From an uncultured Pseudomonadota bacterium (lineage in GTDB: Bacteria; Myxococcota_A; Polyangia; Polyangiales; Polyangiaceae), in NCBI GenBank assembly GCA_963822115.1, contig CAWGGM010000009.1:104451-168450 (forward strand): a DNA stretch of 64,000 nt, written 5' to 3'. Position 1 is the stretch's first letter. Each line of letters begins with the position of its first letter. The position numbers were made by a program, and so were the translations under genes. Of this stretch, positions 9,512-18,729 are shown in pieces. A model generated the notes under the pieces. That model was not told the origin of the DNA and did not search any database. It saw only the letters and a list, made by a program, of their open reading frames with translations.

Positions 9512-10582
9512 ATGGCGGCGATGGCAAGCCCCTCCTCCCGGGCCGTTCGTCACCTCGCTCGCCTGACCTGCGGACTGTCGATCCTCGCGGCGCCCGCGCT
9601 GGCCTCGGCCGCCGGCGCAAACCCCGAAACGGCCAGCGCTTCGGAGAAGTCCCAGGCCCAGACCCGCTACTTGCGGGGCGTCAAGGAGTACAAGGCCGGC
9701 GACTACGAGCACGCCGCCCAGGCCTTCAAGAGCTCCTACGAGATCGTTGCGAGCCCCAATTCCCACATGATGTTTGCCAGGGCGCTCCGGGAGGCGGGTC
9801 ACTTCGACCAGGCCTACGAGGAGTTCGCCCTCACCCAGAACGAAGCGGGCAAGCTTGCCATCAAGCTGCCGCGCTATGCGACCGCAGCGGAATCGGCGGA
9901 AGCGGAGAAGAAGGCGGTGCTCAAGAAGGTTGCCGCGATCTCGGTCGAAGTCGATGGCGATCCGTCCACGGTGACGCTGTACGTCGGCTCACGGCAGGTG
10001 CCGGAGGCGCGCTGGAGGGCCATTGCCGTCAAGCCGGGCTCGGTGGATGTGACCGCTCGCTTGGCGGGAGGTCGCCGCGTATGGCGCAACGTCACCGCCA
10101 GCATCGGTCACGTCACACGTGTACAGCTCGATGTCAGCCACCCCGCCGCAGCGGCGGACGCGGGCACGCCGCATCCCGCGCCGGTCGGACCGACTGCTCC
10201 GGCCAACGCGACCGGGCCCGGCGACAAAGGCACCCCGCGACAACATCCGCTGCGCCGCTACGCCTACGTGGCGGGCGGCGTAGGCGTAGCCGGACTGTTG
10301 ACGTTCACCATAGCGGGCGCGATGTCGCGTTCGACCTACAACGACCTGTCGAACACGTGCAGTAACAACGTCTGCCCCCCCGCGCAGGCCAACGAGATAG
10401 ACAAGGGCAAGACGGAACAGACGATCGCCAACGTCGGTCTGGCGGTCGGCATCGCTGGCGCCGCGGCAGGAATCGCGTTTTTCGTGATCGACTTGAACCA
10501 CCCGTCGCCGCGTCACGACGCGGCACGCCACCTGGACCTCAAAGCCGGTCCCGGGTCGGTGTCGGTTGAAGGGACGTTCTGA
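9512..10582 (+). CDS. TPR-like secreted/membrane protein with C-terminal TM helices
   Basis: Signal peptide (LSILAAPALASAAG). TPR-like helical repeat (YLRGVKEYKAGDYEHAAQAFKSSYEI...ALREAGHFDQAYEEF). Two hydrophobic segments near the C-terminus. The stop overlaps the next ATG (TGATG at 10580-10584). Confidence 0.7.
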   Translation: MAAMASPSSRAVRHLARLTCGLSILAAPALASAAGANPETASASEKSQAQTRYLRGVKEYKAGDYEHAAQAFKSSYEIVASPNSHMMFARALREAGHFDQAYEEFALTQNEAGKLAIKLPRYATAAESAEAEKKAVLKKVAAISVEVDGDPSTVTLYVGSRQVPEARWRAIAVKPGSVDVTARLAGGRRVWRNVTASIGHVTRVQLDVSHPAAAADAGTPHPAPVGPTAPANATGPGDKGTPRQHPLRRYAYVAGGVGVAGLLTFTIAGAMSRSTYNDLSNTCSNNVCPPAQANEIDKGKTEQTIANVGLAVGIAGAAAGIAFFVIDLNHPSPRHDAARHLDLKAGPGSVSVEGTF

Positions 10583-13195
10583 TGCGACGGCTGGCGATCG
10601 CGCTCGTTCTCGGTCTCGGACTTGCGGTGGGCTGTACGCAGGATTTCAATGCGTTCACGGTCGCCAGTGGCGGTACGGGCGGTGACGCCGCACTGGCGGA
10701 CGGCGCAGCAGGCAGTGCCGGCAGCGACGCCTCGTCGTCGGGCGGCTCGGACGGCGGCAAGGACGTTCTCGGTCGACGCTCCGTCCGACGCTCCGTCGGA
10801 TGCCCCGTCCGACGCGCCGCCGGACGCGCCTGTCTGCGGCCTCGGCACGAAGCTCTGCAACGCCGCGTGCGTGCTGGATACGAATCCAGCCTTTGGCTGC
10901 GCTGCTGCGAGCTGCTCGCCGTGCAACATTGCGCATGCCACGGCCACCTGCGACCCGACGGGCGCGTGCGCCATCGCGAGCTGTGACAAGGGCTTCGCGG
11001 ACTGCAACAGCGACCCGTCCGACGGCTGCGAGACCAACACCCAGGTGGACACCGCCAATTGTGGCGGCTGCGGCACGGCGTGCGCCGAAGCCCACGCGAG
11101 TGCGACCTGCTCCGGCGGCGTGTGCGGGGTCGGCACGTGTGACATCGGCTATCAGGACTGCAACAACGACCCATCCGACGGCTGCGAGGCCAAGACGGAT
11201 ACCGACCCCAAGCACTGCGGCAGCTGCAGCAACGACTGTACCAAGAACGGCCCGAACTGGGTGTGCTCCAGCGGCAGCTGCCAGCAGAGCAGCTGCCCCG
11301 CGGGCACGGCCGACTGCAACGGCGGAACGGGCTGCACCACCAGTCTCACGACAACGCAGAACTGTGGCTTCTGCGGCAACGACTGCGGCGCCCTCATCCA
11401 GCATGCAACGCCAACCTGCAAGAGCGGCGGCACATGCGACTACACCACATGCGAGGCGGGCTGGGCCGACTGCGACGGCATCCGGACCAACGGCTGCGAG
11501 ACCAACCTGTCGACCAGCGCCCAGAACTGTGGCGCCTGCGGCCGCGCCTGTTCCACCAGTCACACCAGCTCGTCACCCTCGTGCAACGCAGGGGTGTGTA
11601 CGCCGACCTGCACCAGCGGGTTCGCCGACTGCACGTCGCCGGCGGCGCCCGCGAAGGACGACGGTTGCGAGACCCCGGTCACGACGGACCCCATGAACTG
11701 CGGCGCTTGCGGCCGCAAGTGCTCGACGACCAACGTCCAGGGTTCTCCCACATGCTCGGGCGGCCGCTGCGATTCGGCTTGCGCCGCCAATTGGGGCAAC
11801 TGCACCCAGCCACTGGCCCCCACTGCCGACAACGGCTGTGAGACGAACACCAGCGACGACCCCCAGAACTGCGGCTCGTGCGGCCGGGGCTGCCTGGCGA
11901 GCCACACCCAGGCACTGGGCTGCACGGCCGGCGTGTGCACACCGACATGCCAGTCGGGCTACGACAACTGTTCGTCACCGGCCTCCGACGACGGCTGCGA
12001 GACGTCGGTGTCGTTCGACCCGGACAACTGCGGTGCCTGCGGCCGCAAGTGCTCCACGAGCCATGTCCTGAACTCGTCGACCACATGCTCCTTTGGCAAG
12101 TGCGACTCGCTGTGCGCGACGGGCTACGACAACTGCAGCCACCCGGCGGCGCCTACGGCTGACGACGGCTGCGAAACCAACATCAACACCGACACAGCCA
12201 ACTGCGGCGCCTGCGGGCGCGGCTGCAGCAACACGAACGTCGCACAGCTGTCCTGCGCGGGCGGCATCTGCACTTCGACCTGCAACGGCAGCTACGCCAA
12301 CTGCACGCAGCCAGCAGCACCGACCGCCGACGACGGCTGCGAGACCAACCTGGCGACCGATGCCGCTCACTGCGGCGCGTGCAACCGCCCGTGCTCGAGC
12401 TCCCATACCAGCGGTGCACTGGTATGCAGCGGCAGCAAGTGCACACCATCCTGTGCGGCTGGCTGGAGCAACTGCAACGACCCGGCGGCACCGACCGCCG
12501 ACAACGGCTGCGAAAGCAATCTGGCCACCGACCCGCTGTCCTGCGGGGCCTGCAATCGTGCGTGCGCAACGACGAACGTGCAGGGGCTCGTCTGCTCCGC
12601 CGGCGCGTGCACTTCGACCTGCACTCTCGGCTATGTGAACTGCAGCACCCCCACGTCGCCGACGGCGGACGACGGCTGCGAGGCGCCCAACAGCAACACG
12701 AACTGCGGCGGTTGCGGGAACGACTGCACGGCGCAGAGCAGCGGCTTCGTCTGCAGCAACGACGTGTGCGGCTGCACGTCCGATTCGCAGTGCGGAAACA
12801 CGAAAAACGGCGCCAGCTGCTCGGGTGGCGTCTGCAAGTGCTACAAGAACGCGTCGACGACCCTCACCTGCAAGCACGGCGAGGTCTGCCACTACCTCGG
12901 TCAGGTGGGCAACTGGAACGAGTGCCAGTGCAACGGCGGCTCGGCGTGCGGGAGCGGTCAGGTGTGCTGCCAGAACAGCGGCTGCGCGAATCTGGGCTCC
13001 GACGCCAACAACTGCGGTGCATGCGGCCGGGCCTGCGCTCCAGGCCTGTCGTGCAGCTCCGGCGCGTGCGTGTGCACCAGCAACGCGGGCTGCAACGCCG
13101 GCAGCGCGGGCACCTGCGCGTCGGGCGTGTGCAGTTGCGGCGGGACGACGTGTGCCGCGGGGCAACGTTGCCTGTCGAACGGTAGCTGCGGCTAG
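10582..13195 (+). pseudogene. Cysteine-rich repeat lipoprotein, paralog 3, interrupted by an apparent 1-nt frameshift near 10770
   Basis: ATG at 10582 (coupled to the upstream stop) gives MRRLAIALVLGLGLAVGC, a canonical lipobox, plus a Gly/Ser/Ala linker in frame 1. The (DAPS)n linker and all Cys-rich modules (NCGGCGTAC ... DGCE ...) are in frame 2 through the stop at 13195. The C-terminal part has VCCQNSGCANLGSDANNCGACGRAC, which is Stig1-like. The 2614-nt span is not a multiple of 3. Confidence 0.75.
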
Positions 13196-13226
13196 GCCTG
13201 AATCGACGTAGAGTCGTCCCCACGAC

Positions 13227-14717
13227 ATGAACAGCGTCGCGGTCTTCCTGCTCGCTATCGCCGGCATCTTCCTGATCGGCGCGCTCGGCGAGATCATCTT
13301 CCAGCGCACGAACATACCCGACGTCGTGTGGCTGATCCTCGCGGGCATCCTGCTCGGCCCGATCAGCGGGCTGGTCACGCGCCCACAGCTGAACCACATC
13401 GCCCCGTACTTCGCCGCGGTGACACTGGTGGTCGTGCTGTTCGAGGGCGGCACGGCGCTCAAGATCGAGGAGCTGTCGCGCGCGGCCCCCCGCTCGAGCC
13501 TGCTCGCCATCACCGGCTTCCTGTTCGCCACAACGGCGATCGCCGTCCTCAGCATGTTGGCGGCGCTTGTCGGCTGGTTGCCGCCGAGCTGGACGTGGAT
13601 GCACGGCTGGATGCTCGGGGCGATCCTCGGCGGCTCCAGCTCGATCATCATCATGCCGGCGATGTCGCAAGCGCGCATCGAACCGAAGCTGGCAAACCTG
13701 ATCAACCTCGAGTCCGCCATGACCGACGCGCTGTGCGTCGTCGGCACGAGCGCGCTCATCGACGTGATGGTCCGCGGCACGACCAGCGCCGCGGGCCCGG
13801 TGGTCAGCCTGCTCAGGTCGTTCGGCATCGGCCTGGCCATCGGCCTGGTGGCGGGCCTTGTCTGGCTGCTCTTCCTGCGTTTTCTCAAGAACAGCGAGCA
13901 CGCCTATCCGATCACACTGTCGGTGCTGCTGGTCCTGTACGTGCTCATCGACCGCGCCGGGGGCAGCGCTGCCATGGGTATCCTCGCCGTCGCGGTGGTG
14001 CTGGGGAACGCGCCGTCGCTCTCGCGCAAGGTCGGCCTCGCCGTGCCGGTAGAGCTCGATACGAGCGTCAGGGGCTTCCACCGGCAGATGGCGTTCATCA
14101 TCAAGTCGTTCTTCTTCGTGTTCATCGGCGCGATGCTGGGGCCGCCATTTTCGCTGATCGTGCTGGGAGTCCTGCTGGGGGTGGTGCTGTTCGGCGCGCG
14201 CATCCCCAGCGTCTACCTTGCAACGGTGGCCAGCGATCTGGATCCGAACCAGAAGCGCATGGCTGCCGTGGCCATGCCCCGCGGTATGGCGGCGGGCGTG
14301 CTGGCGACGCTGCCGGTGGCAGCGGGCATCAAGGGAACGGAGAATCTGCCGGTCATCGTGTTCGCCTGCGTCTTCACGACCATCCTCGTGTTCGCCGTCG
14401 GTTTCCCGATCGTGAAGAAGCGCGCGCTCGAAGCCGCTGGCGCAGCTGGCGCCCAGCCCCCGGCAACGCCGGAGCAGGGGCCGCCCGCCAACGTCAGGGT
14501 GGAAAGGCCGGGCGAACCGGCACCGCCCGGCGCGCCGCCCCCGCTGGCGCCGCCAGGCGCCCAGCCGCCAGCTGGCGCCCAGCCCGTACAGCCACCAGCA
14601 GATCAGGGCGAACCGACGCGGGTCCAGCCCCTGCAGCAGCCGGGCTACCCCCCGCCGCCGGGCACTGGGCAGCCTCCTGGTGGGAGCGGCGGGACTCCCG
14701 GCAGCCAGGGGCAGTAG
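13227..14717 (+). CDS. Cation:proton antiporter (Na+/H+ exchanger family) with a Pro-rich C-terminal tail
   Basis: About 11 TM segments with the typical CPA1 layout (VVLFEGGTALK, GAILGGSSSIIIMP, ESAMTDAL, AMPRGMAAGVLA). The last ~90 aa are a low-complexity P/G/A/Q tail. Confidence 0.85.
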   Translation: MNSVAVFLLAIAGIFLIGALGEIIFQRTNIPDVVWLILAGILLGPISGLVTRPQLNHIAPYFAAVTLVVVLFEGGTALKIEELSRAAPRSSLLAITGFLFATTAIAVLSMLAALVGWLPPSWTWMHGWMLGAILGGSSSIIIMPAMSQARIEPKLANLINLESAMTDALCVVGTSALIDVMVRGTTSAAGPVVSLLRSFGIGLAIGLVAGLVWLLFLRFLKNSEHAYPITLSVLLVLYVLIDRAGGSAAMGILAVAVVLGNAPSLSRKVGLAVPVELDTSVRGFHRQMAFIIKSFFFVFIGAMLGPPFSLIVLGVLLGVVLFGARIPSVYLATVASDLDPNQKRMAAVAMPRGMAAGVLATLPVAAGIKGTENLPVIVFACVFTTILVFAVGFPIVKKRALEAAGAAGAQPPATPEQGPPANVRVERPGEPAPPGAPPPLAPPGAQPPAGAQPVQPPADQGEPTRVQPLQQPGYPPPPGTGQPPGGSGGTPGSQGQ

Positions 14718-14720
14718 CAG

Positions 14721-16583
14721 CTACGGGATCGGCCGCTCCAGCATCGCCGGCTGCCGGCGCCGCATGAGCTCCTGGCTGTACGCCTGCAGAAGGTCCTCGT
14801 AGCCGAGCAGGCCGAGGATCCGCTCCGGATCGTCGTCGGCGACGACAGGCAGCTGCGGATAGTGCGACGTGGCGAACCGCTCGAGAGCAATGCCCATCGA
14901 GTCGGACTCGGCCACGGAGATGAACGGCATCTCGCAGTCCGCAGCAATCGCCAGGCGTCCGATGTCCTCGTCGAAGAAGAACGCACGCAGCGTCTCCAGA
15001 GTGACCAGGCCCTGGATGTGGTTGTCGGGGCTTATGACAGGGAACACCGCCTGGGTGCTTTCCGACGCGTAGTGCAGCAATTGTTCCAGCGGCTCGGACT
15101 CGCTCACGCGCATCAGGTCCGGGTCCCGATCGTAGACCTCGCTGACGCGGATGTCCTGCAGCAGATCGAGCACGTACTCGCCGCCGTGTGCCGGCGAGTC
15201 GCGCCGCGTGGGCACCTGCTTTTCGTACAGCGTCCAGCGCCGCACCATCACGAACGTCACCGCCTCGGCCAGCATCAGCGGAACAAGCAGGTCGTAGCTA
15301 CCGGTCATCTCGCTCGCCATGACCAGCGACGAGACGGGCACGTGGGCGACTCCGCCGAAGAAGCACGCCATGCCCACGATGACGAACGCGCCGGGCTGCG
15401 GCACCACCGTGGGTGTCAGCTGGTGGAAGGCGACGCCGAACGCACCTCCGACCATTCCACCGATCACCACCGAAGGGCCAAACACGCCGCCGGAGCCTCC
15501 CGAAGAGATGCTGAGCGATGTCGTGAGCACCTTGGTCAGCGCGATGCCGACCAGCACCGCTGCTCCGGCCCATCCGATCGGCAGCACACCCTTGCTGGGC
15601 AACAGGGCTTCCTGCAGCCAGCCGTAGCCCGCCCCCAGCGCCTGCGGAGCGACGAGCGCGAGCAGCCCGACGCCCAGCCCCCCGAGCATCGGCTTGAGCG
15701 CGAGAGGTATCGGGATGCGGTGGAAGACGCGGTCGCGCAGGCCGTAGAAGACCTTGATGTACAGCACGCCTACCAGCGCGGCGCCGATCGCCATCAGCAG
15801 GTAGAGCGGCAACGCCCGCGGATCGAAAACGTATTCGCCTTCCGTAGCGAAGATCGTTCCCGCCGAGGGGAACAGCATCGTGAAGACGGAGTACGCGACG
15901 ACCGAGCTCATCACCGCCGGCACCAGCGCGTCCACCTCGAAGTCGTCGCGGTAGAGCACTTCTACCAGGAACAGGGCCGCCCCTAGCGGAGTACGGAAGA
16001 TTGCGCCGATGCCGCCGGCCGCACCGGCGATCAGCATCAACCGCCGTTCGCGATCGGACAACCTGAGCGGCGACGCGATCAGCGAGCCGAAGCCCGCGCC
16101 GATCTGGGCGATCGGCCCCTCGCGCCCCGCGCTGCCGCCCGTGCCGATCAGCACGACGGACGCGAGCGTCTTGATGAGCGGAACGCGCGCGCGGATGCGG
16201 CCGGCATGGCGGTGGAAGGCCTCGACGATCGAGTCCGTGCCGTGCCCCTCCGCTTCAGGAGCGAAGGTGAAGACGAGCAGACCCGAGATCAGCCCGCCGA
16301 CAGCCGGAGCGAGGACCAGCACCCAGTGGCGGACCGGACCGGTGATCCGGGTCTCGAAGAGCGAGTGTTCTCCCCTCGGTTCGAGCGGGGGTAGGTGTCC
16401 CCACCCGGCCAGGACCACGTGGTGGATCCACTGCATGCCCAGGAAGAAGGCCCCGGCACCGAGACCTGCCACGATGCCGATAGCGAGGCCCAATCCCACC
16501 CAGCGCGAGACGGTGCGGAACTCGAAGAGCCTGGCGAACGCAGTCAGATCGCTGAGATTCGGCAGCCGCCCCGGGCCAGGCAT
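14721..16583 (-). CDS. ClC-family chloride channel/transporter with C-terminal CBS pair
   Basis: ClC signature blocks GSAGREGPIAQIGAG, GGSGGVFGPS and AHVPVSS, followed by two CBS-like segments. ATG at 16583 is preferred over the TTG at 16622. Confidence 0.85.
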   Translation of the reverse strand: MPGPGRLPNLSDLTAFARLFEFRTVSRWVGLGLAIGIVAGLGAGAFFLGMQWIHHVVLAGWGHLPPLEPRGEHSLFETRITGPVRHWVLVLAPAVGGLISGLLVFTFAPEAEGHGTDSIVEAFHRHAGRIRARVPLIKTLASVVLIGTGGSAGREGPIAQIGAGFGSLIASPLRLSDRERRLMLIAGAAGGIGAIFRTPLGAALFLVEVLYRDDFEVDALVPAVMSSVVAYSVFTMLFPSAGTIFATEGEYVFDPRALPLYLLMAIGAALVGVLYIKVFYGLRDRVFHRIPIPLALKPMLGGLGVGLLALVAPQALGAGYGWLQEALLPSKGVLPIGWAGAAVLVGIALTKVLTTSLSISSGGSGGVFGPSVVIGGMVGGAFGVAFHQLTPTVVPQPGAFVIVGMACFFGGVAHVPVSSLVMASEMTGSYDLLVPLMLAEAVTFVMVRRWTLYEKQVPTRRDSPAHGGEYVLDLLQDIRVSEVYDRDPDLMRVSESEPLEQLLHYASESTQAVFPVISPDNHIQGLVTLETLRAFFFDEDIGRLAIAADCEMPFISVAESDSMGIALERFATSHYPQLPVVADDDPERILGLLGYEDLLQAYSQELMRRRQPAMLERPIP

Positions 16584-16707
16584 CGCGTGGCGGAGCGTGC
16601 CTGTGCCGGGCACGCCGCGCAACCTTTCCCTCGCCTACATTGGAGCATCCGCTCCCCCCTCGACCGGTTTGCGCGCCACACGGCTTCGCGGCTAGGATCA
16701 AGCTACA

Positions 16708-18729
16708 GTGGATCCAGCAGGATCAATCCTGGTGGTCGATGACGACGCCGTCAGTCGGCACGTCCTGGGCCAGACTCTCGCAGGCGCTGGGCTGCGCTGC
16801 GTGACAGTGGGCAGCGGGGGCGAGGCGCTCGCGTGGCTGGAAAACGCCACCCCGGCGGTGGTCCTGCTCGATCTGGTCATGCCGGCTCCCGACGGATACG
16901 CGGTACTGCGACATATCCGCGCCCGCCCCCATCTGGCAGATGTGCCGGTGGTGGTGCTGACCGCGCTGGATTCCGACGACGAGATCCAGAGAGTGTTTTC
17001 GTCCGGTGCGGACGACTATGTCCACAAGCCGTTCCGCCCCGCCGAGTTGATCGCGCGCATCCGCGGGCAGATGCGTATCCGCGAATACGTGGACCGGCTC
17101 AGCCGGCGCGAACGCGACTCGCAGACCGTGCTCGAGATGACGCAGGCCCTGGCCTCGAGCCTGGACATGCGTGACATCCTGTTCACGGTCGTCCAGCGCG
17201 TCGCAGAGGTCGCCCACGTCGACCGCTGCAGCATCGTGCTGGCGGACGAGCCTGGCAACGTCGGCTTCGTCGTGGCAACCAGCGACGACGAACAGCTGAG
17301 GGATCTGCCCATCGACCTGGGCAAGTACCCCGAGATCCGCGAGGTACTGCACTCGGGGCACACACTGGTCATCCGCGACGCCAGCCGTCATCCGCTTCTG
17401 GAAGCCGTGCGGCAGCACGAGCCGGCACTCGCCTTCATCTCGCTGGCGCTCGTTCCCATCGTCAACGACGACAAGCCGATGGGCGTGATCTTCCTCAGGG
17501 CACGCCATTCCGCTCCGTTCGCCGACCACGAGATGGAGCTGGTACACACGGTCGCGAACGCGACGGCTATCGCGCTGCGCAACGCGCGCATCCTGCAGTC
17601 GCTCCGCGACGAGACGCAGCAGAGCACGTTTGCGCGGGTCGAAGCCGAACGGCGCGTCCAGCTGTTCCAGCGCTATGCGGACTTCTTCGAGAGCGCCGCC
17701 GACGGCATGGTGGTCATCGACCGGGAAGGCCATGTTCTGTTCGCCAATCCGCGCGCACGTGAAATCACCGGATTCAGCGAAACCGACTTCATGGGCATGC
17801 GTCTCGACGCGCTTGTCGTCGACAGCGAACGCCTGCGCGCCGAGCGGCTCCTACGCGGCTTCACCGAGGGCGTCTATCCGCGCGGAGTAGACATCCAGGT
17901 CAACACGGTCCGCAGCGAACCCATCATCATCAGCGTGAGCTTCAGCTCGGTCCTGCACGAGGACAACGCCGTGCTGTTCAGCTTCCGCGATGTGACCCGA
18001 GAGCGCAAGACGGCGATCGAGCTCAAGCAGACGAAGGAGTTCCTCGAACGCGTGATCGACAGCTCGGTCGACGGCATCGTGTCGGCGGACCTGACGGGAA
18101 AGGTGCTCCTGTTCAACCGCGCCGCCAGCCGCATCTTCGGCTATCCACGGGGCGAGGTCGTCGGCAAGATGTCCGTCGAGAAGCTGTATCCCGAAGGCAT
18201 CGCTCGCTCGGTGATGCGACGCATCCGGGATCCGGAATTGGACGGTGCTGGCCGCCTCGAGGACTACCGGGTGGACATGGTCAGCTCCAACGGCGAGTTG
18301 ATCCAGGTGACGCTGTCGGCGGCGCTGATCATGGACGGCGATCGCCCGGTCGGGTCGGTCGGAGTCTTCACCGACATCCGCGACAAGCTGCGCATGGAGG
18401 CGCGGCTGATGAAGGCACAGGAGGAGCTTCGTACCAGGGAGAAGCAGGCCATCGTCGCCGAGCTCGCCGGGGCGGCAGCGCATGAGCTGAACCAACCGCT
18501 CACCAGCGTCATCGGGTACGCGGAGCTGTTGAGACGCAGCCTGCAGGACAGCCCCCAACTGCAGAACGCCGCCAGTGTGATCATCAGCGAGTCCGAACGC
18601 ATGGCCGAGATCGTGAGAAAGGTCGGCAAGATCACACGCTACGAGACCAAGAGCTACGTGGGTGGAGCCAAGATCCTCGACCTCGACAAGGCCACCGAGG
18701 ACCCAGGTTCGAAGGAGGTGCCGCGGTGA
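16708..18729 (+). CDS. Response-regulator receiver - GAF - PAS - PAS - HisKA(DHp) protein lacking an ATPase (CA) domain
   Basis: GTG start. REC domain (ILVVDDD ... LLDLVMPAPDG ... DDYVHKPF). GAF domain (DILFTVVQRVAEVAHVDRCSIVL). Two PAS domains (DGMVVIDREGHVLFANPRAREITGF; DGIVSADLTGKVLLFNRAASRIFGY). H-box AAHELNQPLTSVIGYAELL. The protein ends ~60 aa after the H-box, with no N/G1/G2 boxes. Confidence 0.85.
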   Translation: MDPAGSILVVDDDAVSRHVLGQTLAGAGLRCVTVGSGGEALAWLENATPAVVLLDLVMPAPDGYAVLRHIRARPHLADVPVVVLTALDSDDEIQRVFSSGADDYVHKPFRPAELIARIRGQMRIREYVDRLSRRERDSQTVLEMTQALASSLDMRDILFTVVQRVAEVAHVDRCSIVLADEPGNVGFVVATSDDEQLRDLPIDLGKYPEIREVLHSGHTLVIRDASRHPLLEAVRQHEPALAFISLALVPIVNDDKPMGVIFLRARHSAPFADHEMELVHTVANATAIALRNARILQSLRDETQQSTFARVEAERRVQLFQRYADFFESAADGMVVIDREGHVLFANPRAREITGFSETDFMGMRLDALVVDSERLRAERLLRGFTEGVYPRGVDIQVNTVRSEPIIISVSFSSVLHEDNAVLFSFRDVTRERKTAIELKQTKEFLERVIDSSVDGIVSADLTGKVLLFNRAASRIFGYPRGEVVGKMSVEKLYPEGIARSVMRRIRDPELDGAGRLEDYRVDMVSSNGELIQVTLSAALIMDGDRPVGSVGVFTDIRDKLRMEARLMKAQEELRTREKQAIVAELAGAAAHELNQPLTSVIGYAELLRRSLQDSPQLQNAASVIISESERMAEIVRKVGKITRYETKSYVGGAKILDLDKATEDPGSKEVPR

